From: an uncultured bacterium
GTDB lineage: Bacteria > Patescibacteriota > Minisyncoccia > Phycocordibacterales > UBA2100
Reading direction: 5' to 3'
Length of the DNA: 64,000 bases
NCBI GenBank assembly: GCA_903824595.1
Contig: CAIJXH010000004.1
Coordinates: forward strand, 40,697-104,696
Shown: one piece after another, positions 47,885-58,020 of the stretch
How positions within the stretch are numbered: the first letter of the stretch is position 1
Layout of the letters: the number at the start of each line of letters is the position of its first letter
Notes under the pieces: generated by a model
Told to the model about the DNA's origin: nothing
The model's input: only the letters and a program-made list of their open reading frames with translations
Database searches by the model: none
Position numbers and translations under genes: made by a program

Positions 47885-49111
47885 TTATTGTACTGTGCAA
47901 AGATGGTTTATTCTGCTTACACTGAACCGAAAAGATTGCAAAAATGTACACCTTGGCAATGAAGCAGGGACAGTTCCATCAATATAGGTAAAAGTACCCT
48001 CAGTCAAACTACCTGTTGTTCCTGATAATGGTTTATAAGAATACGTGTTCGGTTGCTGTTTTGGAACACTCACAGAATCGCCAATGTTCACAACATCTCC
48101 AACAAAATATCTTTGTGTTAAATCTCTCAGACCAGATCCGTTTTGCATTGATTGAACTGTTTGCAATCCCACAATCCCATCTACTGTTAAATTATGTGCT
48201 TGTTGATATTGCCTTACCGCTGCTTCAGTTTTTGGACCAAATACACCATCTGATTTGCCGGTATTATATCCATTAGCTGTCAGAAAATCTTGCAAATTAG
48301 ATACATTTTTACCACGATCCCCAACACTCAACACATCCCCGTTGTTCTGGATATCGTTTAGAGTTTGCCCTATGGCACTTGGAGAAACTGGCTTCGCTGT
48401 TCTGGCAGCTTGTGGTATCGGGGCGAATCCCGCCTTCTTGCACTGCGCATCCACCAAAGCCTGGACTTGTTTGATACACGTCGCACACACAGTATTAATC
48501 TCCCTGAATTCTTCTTTAAAACCATTGCCTTTGTACACACCATTCTCCGATCCATCGGTACACCTACACTCCTCGGCGGTTGAATCTGATAACACGGCGA
48601 CATTTGGCTTGAGCCACAAAAACCACACCGCTCCATATCCTTGTTGCGCTTGCTCTTCGGAAAGGTGGTACTGGGTGCCACATAGATCCATGCTCTCTTT
48701 GCTTATCATGGCCCCTGCTTCATTATTCGACAATGTCAGACGACTTTTTATATTTGTATTCTTGTCAGCCCGATACGCACCTTTCGCATCACGAGATGAG
48801 ACACGAAAACACTCAAGATTCTTTGCTAAGCTAGCTGGCCTATCCTGAAAATCCCTTGAAACAGCAACTACTCTCCCCACCTTGATTCCGACAGACTTTC
48901 CCTCAAAATTCTCCGCAATATGTTCGTGACACCTGAACAAGCTCTGGAGCAGATTCGCATCAACACCCGATGTACTCGCCCCCCCCGCCACCTGACCCGC
49001 ACTCGGCACCGACTGCGAAGAAACGGCGATGGTGAAGAAAAGCGCGGCGGCAATGATACCAGCGGGGAGCGTGGGAAGGATGGTGGTTTTATATCGCACG
49101 GTGTTACTCAT
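47885..49111 (-). CDS. Secreted Cys-rich protein with peptidoglycan-binding domain (PG_binding_1)
   Basis: LSVGDRG..V..LQ..L...GY.....DGVFGPKTEAAVRQYQ...L.VDGIVG..T. Confidence 0.8.
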   Translation of the reverse strand: MSNTVRYKTTILPTLPAGIIAAALFFTIAVSSQSVPSAGQVAGGASTSGVDANLLQSLFRCHEHIAENFEGKSVGIKVGRVVAVSRDFQDRPASLAKNLECFRVSSRDAKGAYRADKNTNIKSRLTLSNNEAGAMISKESMDLCGTQYHLSEEQAQQGYGAVWFLWLKPNVAVLSDSTAEECRCTDGSENGVYKGNGFKEEFREINTVCATCIKQVQALVDAQCKKAGFAPIPQAARTAKPVSPSAIGQTLNDIQNNGDVLSVGDRGKNVSNLQDFLTANGYNTGKSDGVFGPKTEAAVRQYQQAHNLTVDGIVGLQTVQSMQNGSGLRDLTQRYFVGDVVNIGDSVSVPKQQPNTYSYKPLSGTTGSLTEGTFTYIDGTVPASLPRCTFLQSFRFSVSRINHLCTVQ

Positions 49112-49166
49112 GCCGTATATACTATCATTGTTGCGCTCGCGCTACCACCCCCATGTGTATTACGAA

Positions 49167-49285
49167 GTGCCTATCCCCTCACGACATGTTCGACGAGGTC
49201 TTTGCAGCGCGACGGCGCGAAACAGAGGGATTTTTCAGCAGAAAAATCCCGACCTCGGAGAATCGTGTCGTGAGGGGATAGGCAC
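49167..49285. repeat. 119-bp palindromic (MITE/REPIN-like) element, copy A
   Basis: 20-bp terminal inverted repeats GTGCCTATCCCCTCACGACA; internal stems CGAGGTC/GACCTCG and GGGATTTTTC/GAAAAATCCC. Confidence 0.9.
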
Positions 49286-49307
49286 CTATTACGACACGCG
49301 TATCCCA

Positions 49308-51272
49308 TTACGACGTGGGAGCAGTATCAGCGCGCGCCACTTTTGCCGCTGACGCAATGTTCCCACTGTCGGGAACAGCAGAAAGACGTGAGTGTGGAGG
49401 TTGTATGCGCGAAGAAGAAATCGGAGCGGAAGAGGTCTCTACAGCTGCTGCGTTCGTTTCTTGCGTCGCTTCCATTTCTTGTTTTGCTTTTTTGATTGCG
49501 AGAATCTGCGACGGATCGGAGGTTATGATCTGATCTTCGGTGTACGATGCGACCACCTTGATCGCGACATGCTTCAATCCCGCAAAGAAAATCCCCTCTC
49601 CCACATCACTTTCGAGCAGAAGGTACTTCTCTTCATCGGAAAGCTTGAAGGTGCTCTGTACAAGATCCACCGAAGTCGGCGACTGACGCAACAGCATCTG
49701 GATTGAGGAGTTGGTAATCATCGGGACGCCGTACGGAGAATTGAGGAAGTCGGAGACGTCTTGCGTGATCGTGGAGACGCCGAGGAAATATTTGCGTCCG
49801 CGCTTGATGATGCCGAAAAGGAATGAGGCGGTATCTTGGCTTCTCATCATCCACCATGCCTCGTCGATGATGAGGAGGCGTTTGCGTAGCTCTTTTCTCA
49901 CCGTGTTCCAAATATGATGCGTGATGATGTACATGGCGACCGGCTTGAGATCGTCTTCCATGTCGCGCACCGAGAAGACGACGAGCTTTTTGTTCATGTC
50001 GACATTGGTCGGACGATTCATAAAGCCAGACCACGTGCCTTTTGTATATTTCGAGAGGCGCGCAACGAGCGAGTCACTCCCCTCCATACCCGACAGCACG
50101 AGTTCGAAATCGGAGAGAAGAGGCGGTTCGACTGCGGCAAAATTAGAATCCGGGGTTATGTCTTTGAGCGCGTAGGTCTCGGTGATGGCTTTATCGATCA
50201 CGGCATCTTCTTCTGGAGTGAGTCCGCCGAGCATGATGCGGAAAAGTCCCACAAGCGTGATAATGTTGTTGCGCAACACATCGGACGGAGCTTCGTCTTC
50301 GCGCGGGATCGGAAGATCGAAAGGATTGATATGGTGTTCGGACGAAAGCGAAATATTGAAGTAACGTCCGCCCACCGTCTCGGCGAGATACTCATACTCA
50401 CGCTCTGGGTCGATGACGATCACCTCCACGTCAAACATGAGCGAGCGCAAAATCTCGAGCTTGGTCATGTATGACTTCCCTGCGCCCGATTTCGCAAAGG
50501 TGACGGAGTTGTAGTTTTCGAGCGAGAAACGATCGAACAGGATGAGTGAAGAATTGTGACGATTGATGCCGTAGAGAATGCCGCGATCCGAGGTGAGGTC
50601 AAAAGATATGAAAGGAAAGATCGACGACAATGGCGCTGAATTTAGTTTTGTATGCACGTCAAGCTCATCAGTACCAAGCGGCAACGTGGAACGAAATCCC
50701 TGCTCCTGCTGAAACAGCGCCGGACGTATATACACAAGCCGCGACTCCAAAACCGATCGCACATCACTTTCTATTTTGTCGAGCTCGTCTCGCGTTGCCG
50801 CGTAAATCGTGATGTACAAACCAACATCAAAGATACGTTCCTGTGCTTGCTGTAAACTATCGCGAAGCTGTTCAATATCCGCATACGCCGTGTCGAGCAT
50901 CGGATCACGCACCATGCCCGATTCTTCACGCGTGGAAATCTGACTTTGCACCTCCGCCACCTTTTTCTGGAATTTGCGCAACATTTCATTGGTATCCATG
51001 GGGTGAATGAACACTGAAATATCTATCACCTTGTCCATGTTGATGATCGGCGCAAACCATCCTGTCGTGAGAAAACGCGGATACGAGATGACAAAAAATG
51101 TACGAGCTATTTTTTCGCCAAGATCAAGCTCGCGCGAATGTATCTTGAGCGCATGCGGCGCAATAACATCTTGTAAATCCAAAATACCCGTGCGATAAAT
51201 CTCCTCGGGCAATATAGGCAATATCTTCGCCGTATCCTGCTTCTTTGTGACAAATAAATCAAGAAATGACAT
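49308..51272 (-). CDS. VirB4-like type IV secretion ATPase
   Basis: AKSGAGKS, IDPEREY, INPFD, IIDEAW, RGRKY...ITQ. Confidence 0.92.
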   Translation of the reverse strand: MSFLDLFVTKKQDTAKILPILPEEIYRTGILDLQDVIAPHALKIHSRELDLGEKIARTFFVISYPRFLTTGWFAPIINMDKVIDISVFIHPMDTNEMLRKFQKKVAEVQSQISTREESGMVRDPMLDTAYADIEQLRDSLQQAQERIFDVGLYITIYAATRDELDKIESDVRSVLESRLVYIRPALFQQEQGFRSTLPLGTDELDVHTKLNSAPLSSIFPFISFDLTSDRGILYGINRHNSSLILFDRFSLENYNSVTFAKSGAGKSYMTKLEILRSLMFDVEVIVIDPEREYEYLAETVGGRYFNISLSSEHHINPFDLPIPREDEAPSDVLRNNIITLVGLFRIMLGGLTPEEDAVIDKAITETYALKDITPDSNFAAVEPPLLSDFELVLSGMEGSDSLVARLSKYTKGTWSGFMNRPTNVDMNKKLVVFSVRDMEDDLKPVAMYIITHHIWNTVRKELRKRLLIIDEAWWMMRSQDTASFLFGIIKRGRKYFLGVSTITQDVSDFLNSPYGVPMITNSSIQMLLRQSPTSVDLVQSTFKLSDEEKYLLLESDVGEGIFFAGLKHVAIKVVASYTEDQIITSDPSQILAIKKAKQEMEATQETNAAAVETSSAPISSSRIQPPHSRLSAVPDSGNIASAAKVARADTAPTS

Positions 51273-51289
51273 ACGGTAATGATAACGTA

Positions 51290-51934
51290 TTACGCTTCAA
51301 GCGGCATCGGTTTTCCTTCTTCTCCAGGATTGAACATTTTGTAGAGGAGCTCGATCGTCTCTTCAGTCCCCAAACGCACCGTGCGCACTCCCGTGCGTAT
51401 CAGCCCCTGTTGCACAACACTGATTCGCTGCTCAAGCTGAGAAAGCTGTTCTTCGAACGATCGATTTGCAGCCTCTGTGCTGCTTTCTTTTTTGAACGAG
51501 AAAAACGACGCCGCTTCCGCGACAGTCGTCGCGCCGCCCGCATAAGGAATGACGACAAAGAAATTCTTGGTCATGATACTTGCTGCTTCAGTGAAGTTTT
51601 TTATGAACTCGATGTATTCGCGGATTTGAATGCGCATGAGGTCGTTGAGCTGTGCTTTGTATGCTTCCTCCAGCGTGGCAACATACGGACGGATGTCGAG
51701 CATGCGCGATTGCACAAAAATTTGTATGGTGAAATCGAGCGCATTGAGACAATTTTGAAACTGCACGATGAACGCCGTCTGCTCGTCTTCAGACTTGAGT
51801 GCGAAGTTGATCGACGACGCAAGAAGAATGGCGCGGAGACTCCCGTCTTTCAAAACGATGATCCCATCACGGACTTCACGCACAGGGACGAAATCTTGAG
51901 TCGATTTGCTTGCGTTTGTGGTGGAATGCGGCAT
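51290..51934 (-). CDS. VirB4/TraC N-terminal-like accessory protein
   Basis: STQDFV, INFALKS..EQ, LNALDF.IQI; sits between prgI-like and virB4-like genes. Confidence 0.75.
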   Translation of the reverse strand: MPHSTTNASKSTQDFVPVREVRDGIIVLKDGSLRAILLASSINFALKSEDEQTAFIVQFQNCLNALDFTIQIFVQSRMLDIRPYVATLEEAYKAQLNDLMRIQIREYIEFIKNFTEAASIMTKNFFVVIPYAGGATTVAEAASFFSFKKESSTEAANRSFEEQLSQLEQRISVVQQGLIRTGVRTVRLGTEETIELLYKMFNPGEEGKPMPLEA

Positions 51935-51946
51935 AGGTATATACGA

Positions 51947-52435
51947 TTATACACGCATCGTCCGCGATGCTGGCAATGGCACGCCATCCATGCCGCGCTC
52001 CTCGTCTCGCGCAATACCCCCCGCGACTCGCTCCTTGATATCGAGTGACCACGCCAAATCACGAAGCTTGCTTTCAGACAGTTTGGGCACATACGTTTCC
52101 GTCGTAACGATCCCCGCTTTTTTCTGCTCCCCCACGCCATCTTTCCACTTCATGCGACGCTGATTGCTCCAGAGGTAGAATTTTGTTCGCATAAGGTACC
52201 GCAAACCATTTTCGAGCGCGTCGATAAACGGGCGATCGTTGTATGTGATAAACGCAAGCGCAAGCGCGAAAGCTGCGAGTATAATCATGCACGGGATCGC
52301 GATCAAAGACGGGAGCAACCTCCACACCAGGTACGACGCCCCCGCCCCTCCCACCACAAACACAAACTGCTTGAACGTAAGAGGACCAAAAATCTTGTCC
52401 TCGACTTCAATAAACTGCGGAACCTGAAACTGCAT
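51947..52435 (-). CDS. PrgI-family (VirB3-like) protein
   Basis: QFQVPQFIEVEDKIFGPLTFKQF plus two TM helices; TGGTATACT 6 nt before ATG. Confidence 0.85.
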   Translation of the reverse strand: MQFQVPQFIEVEDKIFGPLTFKQFVFVVGGAGASYLVWRLLPSLIAIPCMIILAAFALALAFITYNDRPFIDALENGLRYLMRTKFYLWSNQRRMKWKDGVGEQKKAGIVTTETYVPKLSESKLRDLAWSLDIKERVAGGIARDEERGMDGVPLPASRTMRV

Positions 52436-52488
52436 ATTGCCAGTATACCAAGCGTATCGACGTGCTCATGACCTGTTTGTGCGTATCA

Positions 52489-52607
52489 GTGCCTATACCC
52501 TCACGACATGTTCGACGAGGTCTTTGCAGCGCGACGGCGCGAAACAGAGGGATTTTTCAGCAGAAAAATCCCGACCTCGGAGAATCGTGTCGTGAGGGTA
52601 TAGGCAC
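52489..52607. repeat. 119-bp palindromic element, copy B
   Basis: Identical to copy A except one compensatory C:G to A:T pair in the terminal stem. Confidence 0.9.
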
Positions 52608-52610
52608 CTG

Positions 52611-52664
52611 CGTATCACCATCACACGACGCGTTCGACGAGGTCTTTGCAGTGCGACGACGCAC
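52611..52664. repeat. Degenerate left-half copy of the 119-bp element
   Basis: CACGACGCGTTCGACGAGGTCTTTGCAGTGCGACGACGC aligns to the element's 5' half. Confidence 0.7.
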
Positions 52665-52671
52665 AGGTTAT

Positions 52672-53202
52672 TCACGCCGCTTCTCGATACGGGTCGTCGG
52701 CGACCGAGGCACGCGACACACTCGTCTCTCCCGGTCGATACCCATCGTTGACTATCGGCACACGCATGACACGCATGGCGTGAGGCGCGGGAGGGGGTGT
52801 CGCGGGCACAGGAGGAGCTGGCGCGACCACCGACTCACGCGACGAAACGGGCGCGCTCGGCAATGGTGCCGCCTCTTTCTTTTCAAGCTCATGTTCAAGC
52901 GCTACGCGAATCGGCTCGAACACAACGCGTGAAATATCTCGCACAAGCGCGGTTGCCACATCGGCAGGAACGCCCACTTCCTTTTCCACGTTTGCCGCGA
53001 GAGCATCTACCGACTGAATGCCCAGCATCGCGAGCATCACCTCGTTCTCGAGTTGCTCCCATTGATCAATATGAAGTTTGTATAGAGTGGAAAGCTCGCG
53101 CAAATGATGCTCGACATCGGCAGACACAATCGCCTCTTGCACAATGCGTGGCAACGTGGAGAAACGCTCTTGCAATTGTTGTTGAATATCCGACGTGGTC
53201 AT
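52672..53202 (-). CDS. Hypothetical protein (C-terminal DPYRE motif)
   Basis: LHIDQ...LE.E, VFEPIR, DPYRE; lies within the T4SS-like cluster. Confidence 0.7.
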   Translation of the reverse strand: MTTSDIQQQLQERFSTLPRIVQEAIVSADVEHHLRELSTLYKLHIDQWEQLENEVMLAMLGIQSVDALAANVEKEVGVPADVATALVRDISRVVFEPIRVALEHELEKKEAAPLPSAPVSSRESVVAPAPPVPATPPPAPHAMRVMRVPIVNDGYRPGETSVSRASVADDPYREAA

Positions 53203-53225
53203 AGAAGATGAATATGGTAAGTATA

Positions 53226-55505
53226 TTATTTTTTAGCGGACGTTGGGTCTTTGGTCTCTTTCAGTTTCTCTCTCAATCCTTCGAGAAGTCTGTCCGCCTC
53301 TTTCTTCTCCTTACCCTTTTTTACCTGATCGCGTGCAAGCTGCGCCAGAGAATCATCAGACTCGTTGCCGAGAAGCCCAAATAATCTCGCGGCGCGCCCA
53401 TGCGCCAGTGTAGCAGCGTTGTCTGCAACGGAGTACTCCAGATTACCTCCTTCGGTGACCCGTAGCGCACGATACTTGTCTGCAACCGCATTTTTGAGTA
53501 CGTCTGTTTCAACACGCGTCTTGTCGCGTTGCGCATTCTCGTATATTTTCTGCGCATTCTCGAGTACCTGCTTCGTTGCCGCAGACGCGTCTTCAATATT
53601 TTTTGCTGCGGCTTTTATCCTGCTATCAACTGCGTCAATTTCGCCTTGCTTTTTGCTTATTGTTTTTTTATCCGCACCATTACGCTTGAGCTTGAGGTCG
53701 TTGAGCTCCGCTTCTTTTTTATTTTTCTCCAATTCGGCAGCCGCCTTTTCTGATTTATGTTGCCGAACTTCACGACTAGATTCGACATCATCGTGAGCCG
53801 CTCTTACGGTCACCAGATTTTTCGCGGCTTGTTCGAGGTGTGTACTTGCAACGCCAAGTCTCTCGTCATGTGATTGTTTGATAATTTTATCCCGAATCAC
53901 CTGTGTATTTGGCTTGAGACGTTCCGCTTGAGCGGCATATCCCTTCGCCTTCTCCGTGCGTACACCCTTGAACCCTCCATACGTGGTGATACCCGCGCCA
54001 TCCAAGCCCGAGAGTTTGGCAAGCTGTTTGCCCGCGGCGGTGTTCATGAAATTGAAATCGCTTTTGGCAACCGCACTGGTCGGTTTATGAAACAATTCAT
54101 CGACCATGCGTGCGCGCACGTTTTTCCCTTGTCCTGCAAGGTTACCTCTCCACCTCTCCGTTCTATTTGCTAAGCTCGAGCTCATCCCCCCCAGTACCGT
54201 ACGACCCGCAAACCCGCCAAACTTTGCCGCACCAAGCACGGGCACCATCAGCGACGCGGCACTCAGTACGCGCGAAAGCCCCCCGCCCGCCACACTGCCC
54301 GACACCATACTGGCGACGCGAAGCGAGACGAACAAGAGTGCAATAATAATCGTTGCGTTGACCAGCGCAGGGACCGATTGTTCCGCTTGCCCCGACGCCA
54401 GCAACTGACCAAGCGTCGACACGTTCCACGTACTATGCGCGTAATCTGAAAAAGCGTGCGCGATCATCAAGTTTGCCCACAAAAGCATCATGAGCAGCGG
54501 GGCGAGTACGGCGTTGTGAATAAGCGATCTCCACCATCGTTCCCACCCAAGCTCGATAAAGTCACCGGGAATAAGCCAGCTTGCAAACGCGATCGCCGAT
54601 ACCAACATGAGAAAAATAAGTGACACCGCTCGATACACGAGAAGAAATGATCCAAACACAAACACACACGCAATTGCCGCGAGAATGACGAACGATACAA
54701 GACCATACAGCAGACCGACCCACGCGTTTTGCGCCGAATATCCTACGCTAATCGCACTGCTATCGAATATGCCATTCACTCCTATGTATTGCATGAATTT
54801 CGCCGCAATGCCGCCCGTACCGGGAGACACAACGGTATTGGACGACGTGCGAGTGACGGGAGTGGCGATGTCATCACTTTTCAACATGCTCGTGTAAAAT
54901 TGCGCCGCGGTGAAATTGGAAACATCGACAATCATCTTGGTAAACAAAAGACTGAAATTGAGCAAGATTGCGATAATGAGCACGCGCGCGATGCGACGCT
55001 TGTCACCAAACTGAGTTATACCGAGAATGAGACACACGGCGGTAAATACGAACATACCAATGATGATAATGTCGGCAATATCGCGGAAAAATGTCCACCC
55101 CACGTCGATTCCGTTGGTAATAGCGCTGAACAACGAACCGAATCCGACCACCACGTGTCCCAGTAAAAACTCAAACATTCTTCCCGAAAATTCCGCAAAA
55201 AATACACCGACGGCGACAAGAATATTCCCGATCCCTCCTGTGATCCATCGCAGCCAACACCCCCCATCTACCCAACTCTTTGCACCAGTACACGCGCTCG
55301 ACGAAAGCACAGACGACGCATCGGCAGTATTGTAGTTAGCCGATCCTGTGCCGTTTGGGTCGAATGGTGTTTCCTGGGCTTGAGATTGCGTCTGTGCATA
55401 TGCAACGCGTGCGGGCACGAGTACCACGCTTGCAAACAAGAACGCAAGTATCACAAGCACAAAACCAGCTCGTATTCGCACTGCTCTCGTCGCGTGTGTC
55501 GTCAT
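53226..55505 (-). CDS. VirB6/TrbL-like polytopic membrane protein with a coiled-coil tail
   Basis: GW...RDIA, LLNFSL..TK.IVD.SN, W..W......AP; 7-8 TM; long Lys/Glu-rich C-terminus. Confidence 0.75.
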   Translation of the reverse strand: MTTHATRAVRIRAGFVLVILAFLFASVVLVPARVAYAQTQSQAQETPFDPNGTGSANYNTADASSVLSSSACTGAKSWVDGGCWLRWITGGIGNILVAVGVFFAEFSGRMFEFLLGHVVVGFGSLFSAITNGIDVGWTFFRDIADIIIIGMFVFTAVCLILGITQFGDKRRIARVLIIAILLNFSLLFTKMIVDVSNFTAAQFYTSMLKSDDIATPVTRTSSNTVVSPGTGGIAAKFMQYIGVNGIFDSSAISVGYSAQNAWVGLLYGLVSFVILAAIACVFVFGSFLLVYRAVSLIFLMLVSAIAFASWLIPGDFIELGWERWWRSLIHNAVLAPLLMMLLWANLMIAHAFSDYAHSTWNVSTLGQLLASGQAEQSVPALVNATIIIALLFVSLRVASMVSGSVAGGGLSRVLSAASLMVPVLGAAKFGGFAGRTVLGGMSSSLANRTERWRGNLAGQGKNVRARMVDELFHKPTSAVAKSDFNFMNTAAGKQLAKLSGLDGAGITTYGGFKGVRTEKAKGYAAQAERLKPNTQVIRDKIIKQSHDERLGVASTHLEQAAKNLVTVRAAHDDVESSREVRQHKSEKAAAELEKNKKEAELNDLKLKRNGADKKTISKKQGEIDAVDSRIKAAAKNIEDASAATKQVLENAQKIYENAQRDKTRVETDVLKNAVADKYRALRVTEGGNLEYSVADNAATLAHGRAARLFGLLGNESDDSLAQLARDQVKKGKEKKEADRLLEGLREKLKETKDPTSAKK

Positions 55506-57130
55506 AATTTCCATGCCGCCGACCATCGGTTTATCACCGCAGGATTTTTGATGTTGCACCAGCCAACCGTCGCGTCGGTGTTGTCTCCCCATGCCGTGAC
55601 CGTATCTTTGAGGAGCGTGTTCATGGCATTTTGCGTATCGCTTTGTTTTTGTGCAGCGTTCTGTGCATCATACTGCGTATGCAGAGCCCCTTGCGCGACA
55701 AGCTGATCGAGCATCTGCAGCGATGCCTGCTGTTCGGCAACCGTCTTTGCATTGGCTATACCCGAGATCATCGTGTTGATTCTTGCGAGTGCCGTTTGTG
55801 ATGTGTGAATGTTGTCGATCGTTGTCGAAGCAAGAGGAGCAATTTGCGCGTCGATGACGCCTTGCGACGCGAGTGTCGACGTTGCGATCTTTTCTTTCGG
55901 AGCTTCTTGCGAAACACTTCCATCGGAAGCAGGTGTTGTCGAACCCATACACACGCTGTCTACAGGAGGCGCAACACACACATGCCTTTCTGGATGATCA
56001 TCTTTCTGATACGTGATCAAATCCCAGCATTTCGTTTCTGCAGCTCGTAACTGCCCGATTGTTTGCGTAAGATTTTGTGCGGTTGCATTCATTGCCGACA
56101 AATACTTGAGTTCATTCTGACGCGCCGCTGTCAGAATGCCAAGCGCCGCGTTGCCTGTGGCACCCACGACACCATTGCTCGATGCGGTGGTCATAGCATC
56201 CAGGAACGATGGTCCGCCGTTGTTTTGTGCAAGTCCTTTTAGTCCTTGCGCACTTGTCATCACTTGCGTCGAAACACCTGCGTACAGCGAACTAATCATC
56301 TGTCCGATATCGGTAGCATTTTCGAGTTGAGAAAACCCTGACTGTACGAGCTGATTTGCATTGCTCGCAACCATCGCACCAGGCGTAACCGTGATGGTAT
56401 TTCCATTATCGTCAAGCTGTTCGACTCCATAAATGCCATTGCCCGTTTGGAGTTTGAACAGCATCTGACCAACCGAGGTGTCTACTTGACGGTCGACCGC
56501 ATTTCGCACCAGCGATGCCGCACCCAATGGATTACATGCGGGATTCATGAAATTGTGAAAATCGTCAAACGAGAACGGGCGCGACGTGGGGTTGGTAATG
56601 TCTGCTTTGAGATCACCGCCGTAATTGCATACCAGCTGGTTGTTGGTGCGTGTTTCTGCCATGTATTGACGCGCGACAGTTGAGCGCACTTGATTGCGGA
56701 ACGCTGGATTGACTTCGTTGATGTTCATAAGCTGTGAAAGCGCCGCCTTATCCCCTGCTGCCACAATATCGGCATTTAGATCGACAGGCCACATAGGATT
56801 GCCGTTACGACCCGTGAGGAATCCTGAAAGACCTTTTTTCGTGAACGAAGCGGTCGCGCTTTCACGCAGACGACTCACCAGCGGGCGCAAGACGCACTGG
56901 AGATAATCCATAATTCCAGAATTGAGCGTCACCGCCGCGTCGTTGACAGGGACGAACGTGCCGCCCATCGCTGCAAACGTTCCAGAGCTTATACTCGCAC
57001 CACCAATGTTGCTGCACCCAAATATTCCATTACTTTGATACTGATACCCAGCGGTTTGCGCCGACACAGACGACGTCGTCAGCATCAAGCCGACCATTAT
57101 GATTCCCACGGTGCGAATGATCTGGCTCAT
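55502..57130 (-). CDS. Large secreted helical protein of the T4SS-like cluster
   Basis: Signal peptide; NP.G, L..G.G, VTPG motifs; ATGA overlaps at both ends. Confidence 0.7.
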   Translation of the reverse strand: MSQIIRTVGIIMVGLMLTTSSVSAQTAGYQYQSNGIFGCSNIGGASISSGTFAAMGGTFVPVNDAAVTLNSGIMDYLQCVLRPLVSRLRESATASFTKKGLSGFLTGRNGNPMWPVDLNADIVAAGDKAALSQLMNINEVNPAFRNQVRSTVARQYMAETRTNNQLVCNYGGDLKADITNPTSRPFSFDDFHNFMNPACNPLGAASLVRNAVDRQVDTSVGQMLFKLQTGNGIYGVEQLDDNGNTITVTPGAMVASNANQLVQSGFSQLENATDIGQMISSLYAGVSTQVMTSAQGLKGLAQNNGGPSFLDAMTTASSNGVVGATGNAALGILTAARQNELKYLSAMNATAQNLTQTIGQLRAAETKCWDLITYQKDDHPERHVCVAPPVDSVCMGSTTPASDGSVSQEAPKEKIATSTLASQGVIDAQIAPLASTTIDNIHTSQTALARINTMISGIANAKTVAEQQASLQMLDQLVAQGALHTQYDAQNAAQKQSDTQNAMNTLLKDTVTAWGDNTDATVGWCNIKNPAVINRWSAAWKL

Positions 57131-57963
57131 GGTGTTCGTGAGCGCTCGTATTGCGCGAGGTCGTTGAACGCATTGAGCATCACTTGTTCCTTGTCCTGGT
57201 AGGTGCGCAAAAGCGCCGCGCTCGCAAACGGATCATCAACATGCGCGATCATCGCATCGAGTGTTGCCGAAAACGCCGCAAGCGCATTGATAATTGCAAC
57301 ATGGAACGAGAGAAGGTTTGCAGGGACGACAACAGCGCTCACGCCTCGAACAGCGAGCTGATAATTCGCAACCTCTTCCTTGAGCTGATCGAGATACGAA
57401 ACATCGTGTGACGCAATGTAATTGGCATAAAGCTTCAATTCGTAGTCGGGATTTTTGAGGAGTGGTGCGAGTGCCTCCCGCATATCACTCCGATACGTAA
57501 GCATGCGCTGATATGACGTATCGGGACTTGAAGAGAAGTCTGAAGCGGTATAAGTAGGATGCGAGACGTTTGCCTGAAGCGTCTGTGCAATATTTTGTGC
57601 AATAAGCGCTCCTTTTTCTGGAGTGAAACTGCCGCTTTTTTGCAGCACCGCATACGTTTCTGCGAACGTGCCCACCACATTGCCCGCAATGTTCGCAATG
57701 CCGTCAGGATCGTGAGTGTCGTGCAGCACAACAGGCGACGAACTTGAAATATCGAGCAGATCTCTCTGCCATGGCTCATCGTTTGATGGCGATGCTTCTT
57801 CAGACGTCACGCTTGATGTTGCCGCGAACACATTAGTGGCGACTACCATAGAACGTGCCGAAACAATGCGTCCCACAGCCACAATCAAAAGCGTGCAAAA
57901 AGAAATCGCGGCGAGAATTGCCATTGGAGAAAGCGCCTCGGTATGCGAGCGTTCGTCATTCAT
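57127..57963 (-). CDS. Membrane-anchored helical hypothetical protein
   Basis: One TM; VP......H..IIN...DP motif; TGGTATAAT 6 nt before ATG. Confidence 0.7.
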   Translation of the reverse strand: MNDERSHTEALSPMAILAAISFCTLLIVAVGRIVSARSMVVATNVFAATSSVTSEEASPSNDEPWQRDLLDISSSSPVVLHDTHDPDGIANIAGNVVGTFAETYAVLQKSGSFTPEKGALIAQNIAQTLQANVSHPTYTASDFSSSPDTSYQRMLTYRSDMREALAPLLKNPDYELKLYANYIASHDVSYLDQLKEEVANYQLAVRGVSAVVVPANLLSFHVAIINALAAFSATLDAMIAHVDDPFASAALLRTYQDKEQVMLNAFNDLAQYERSRTP

Positions 57964-58020
57964 CTCCTGATTATACCAGTACAAGCACTGCAGTGCGTCT
58001 TCGCCCCAGAACAAGAACGC

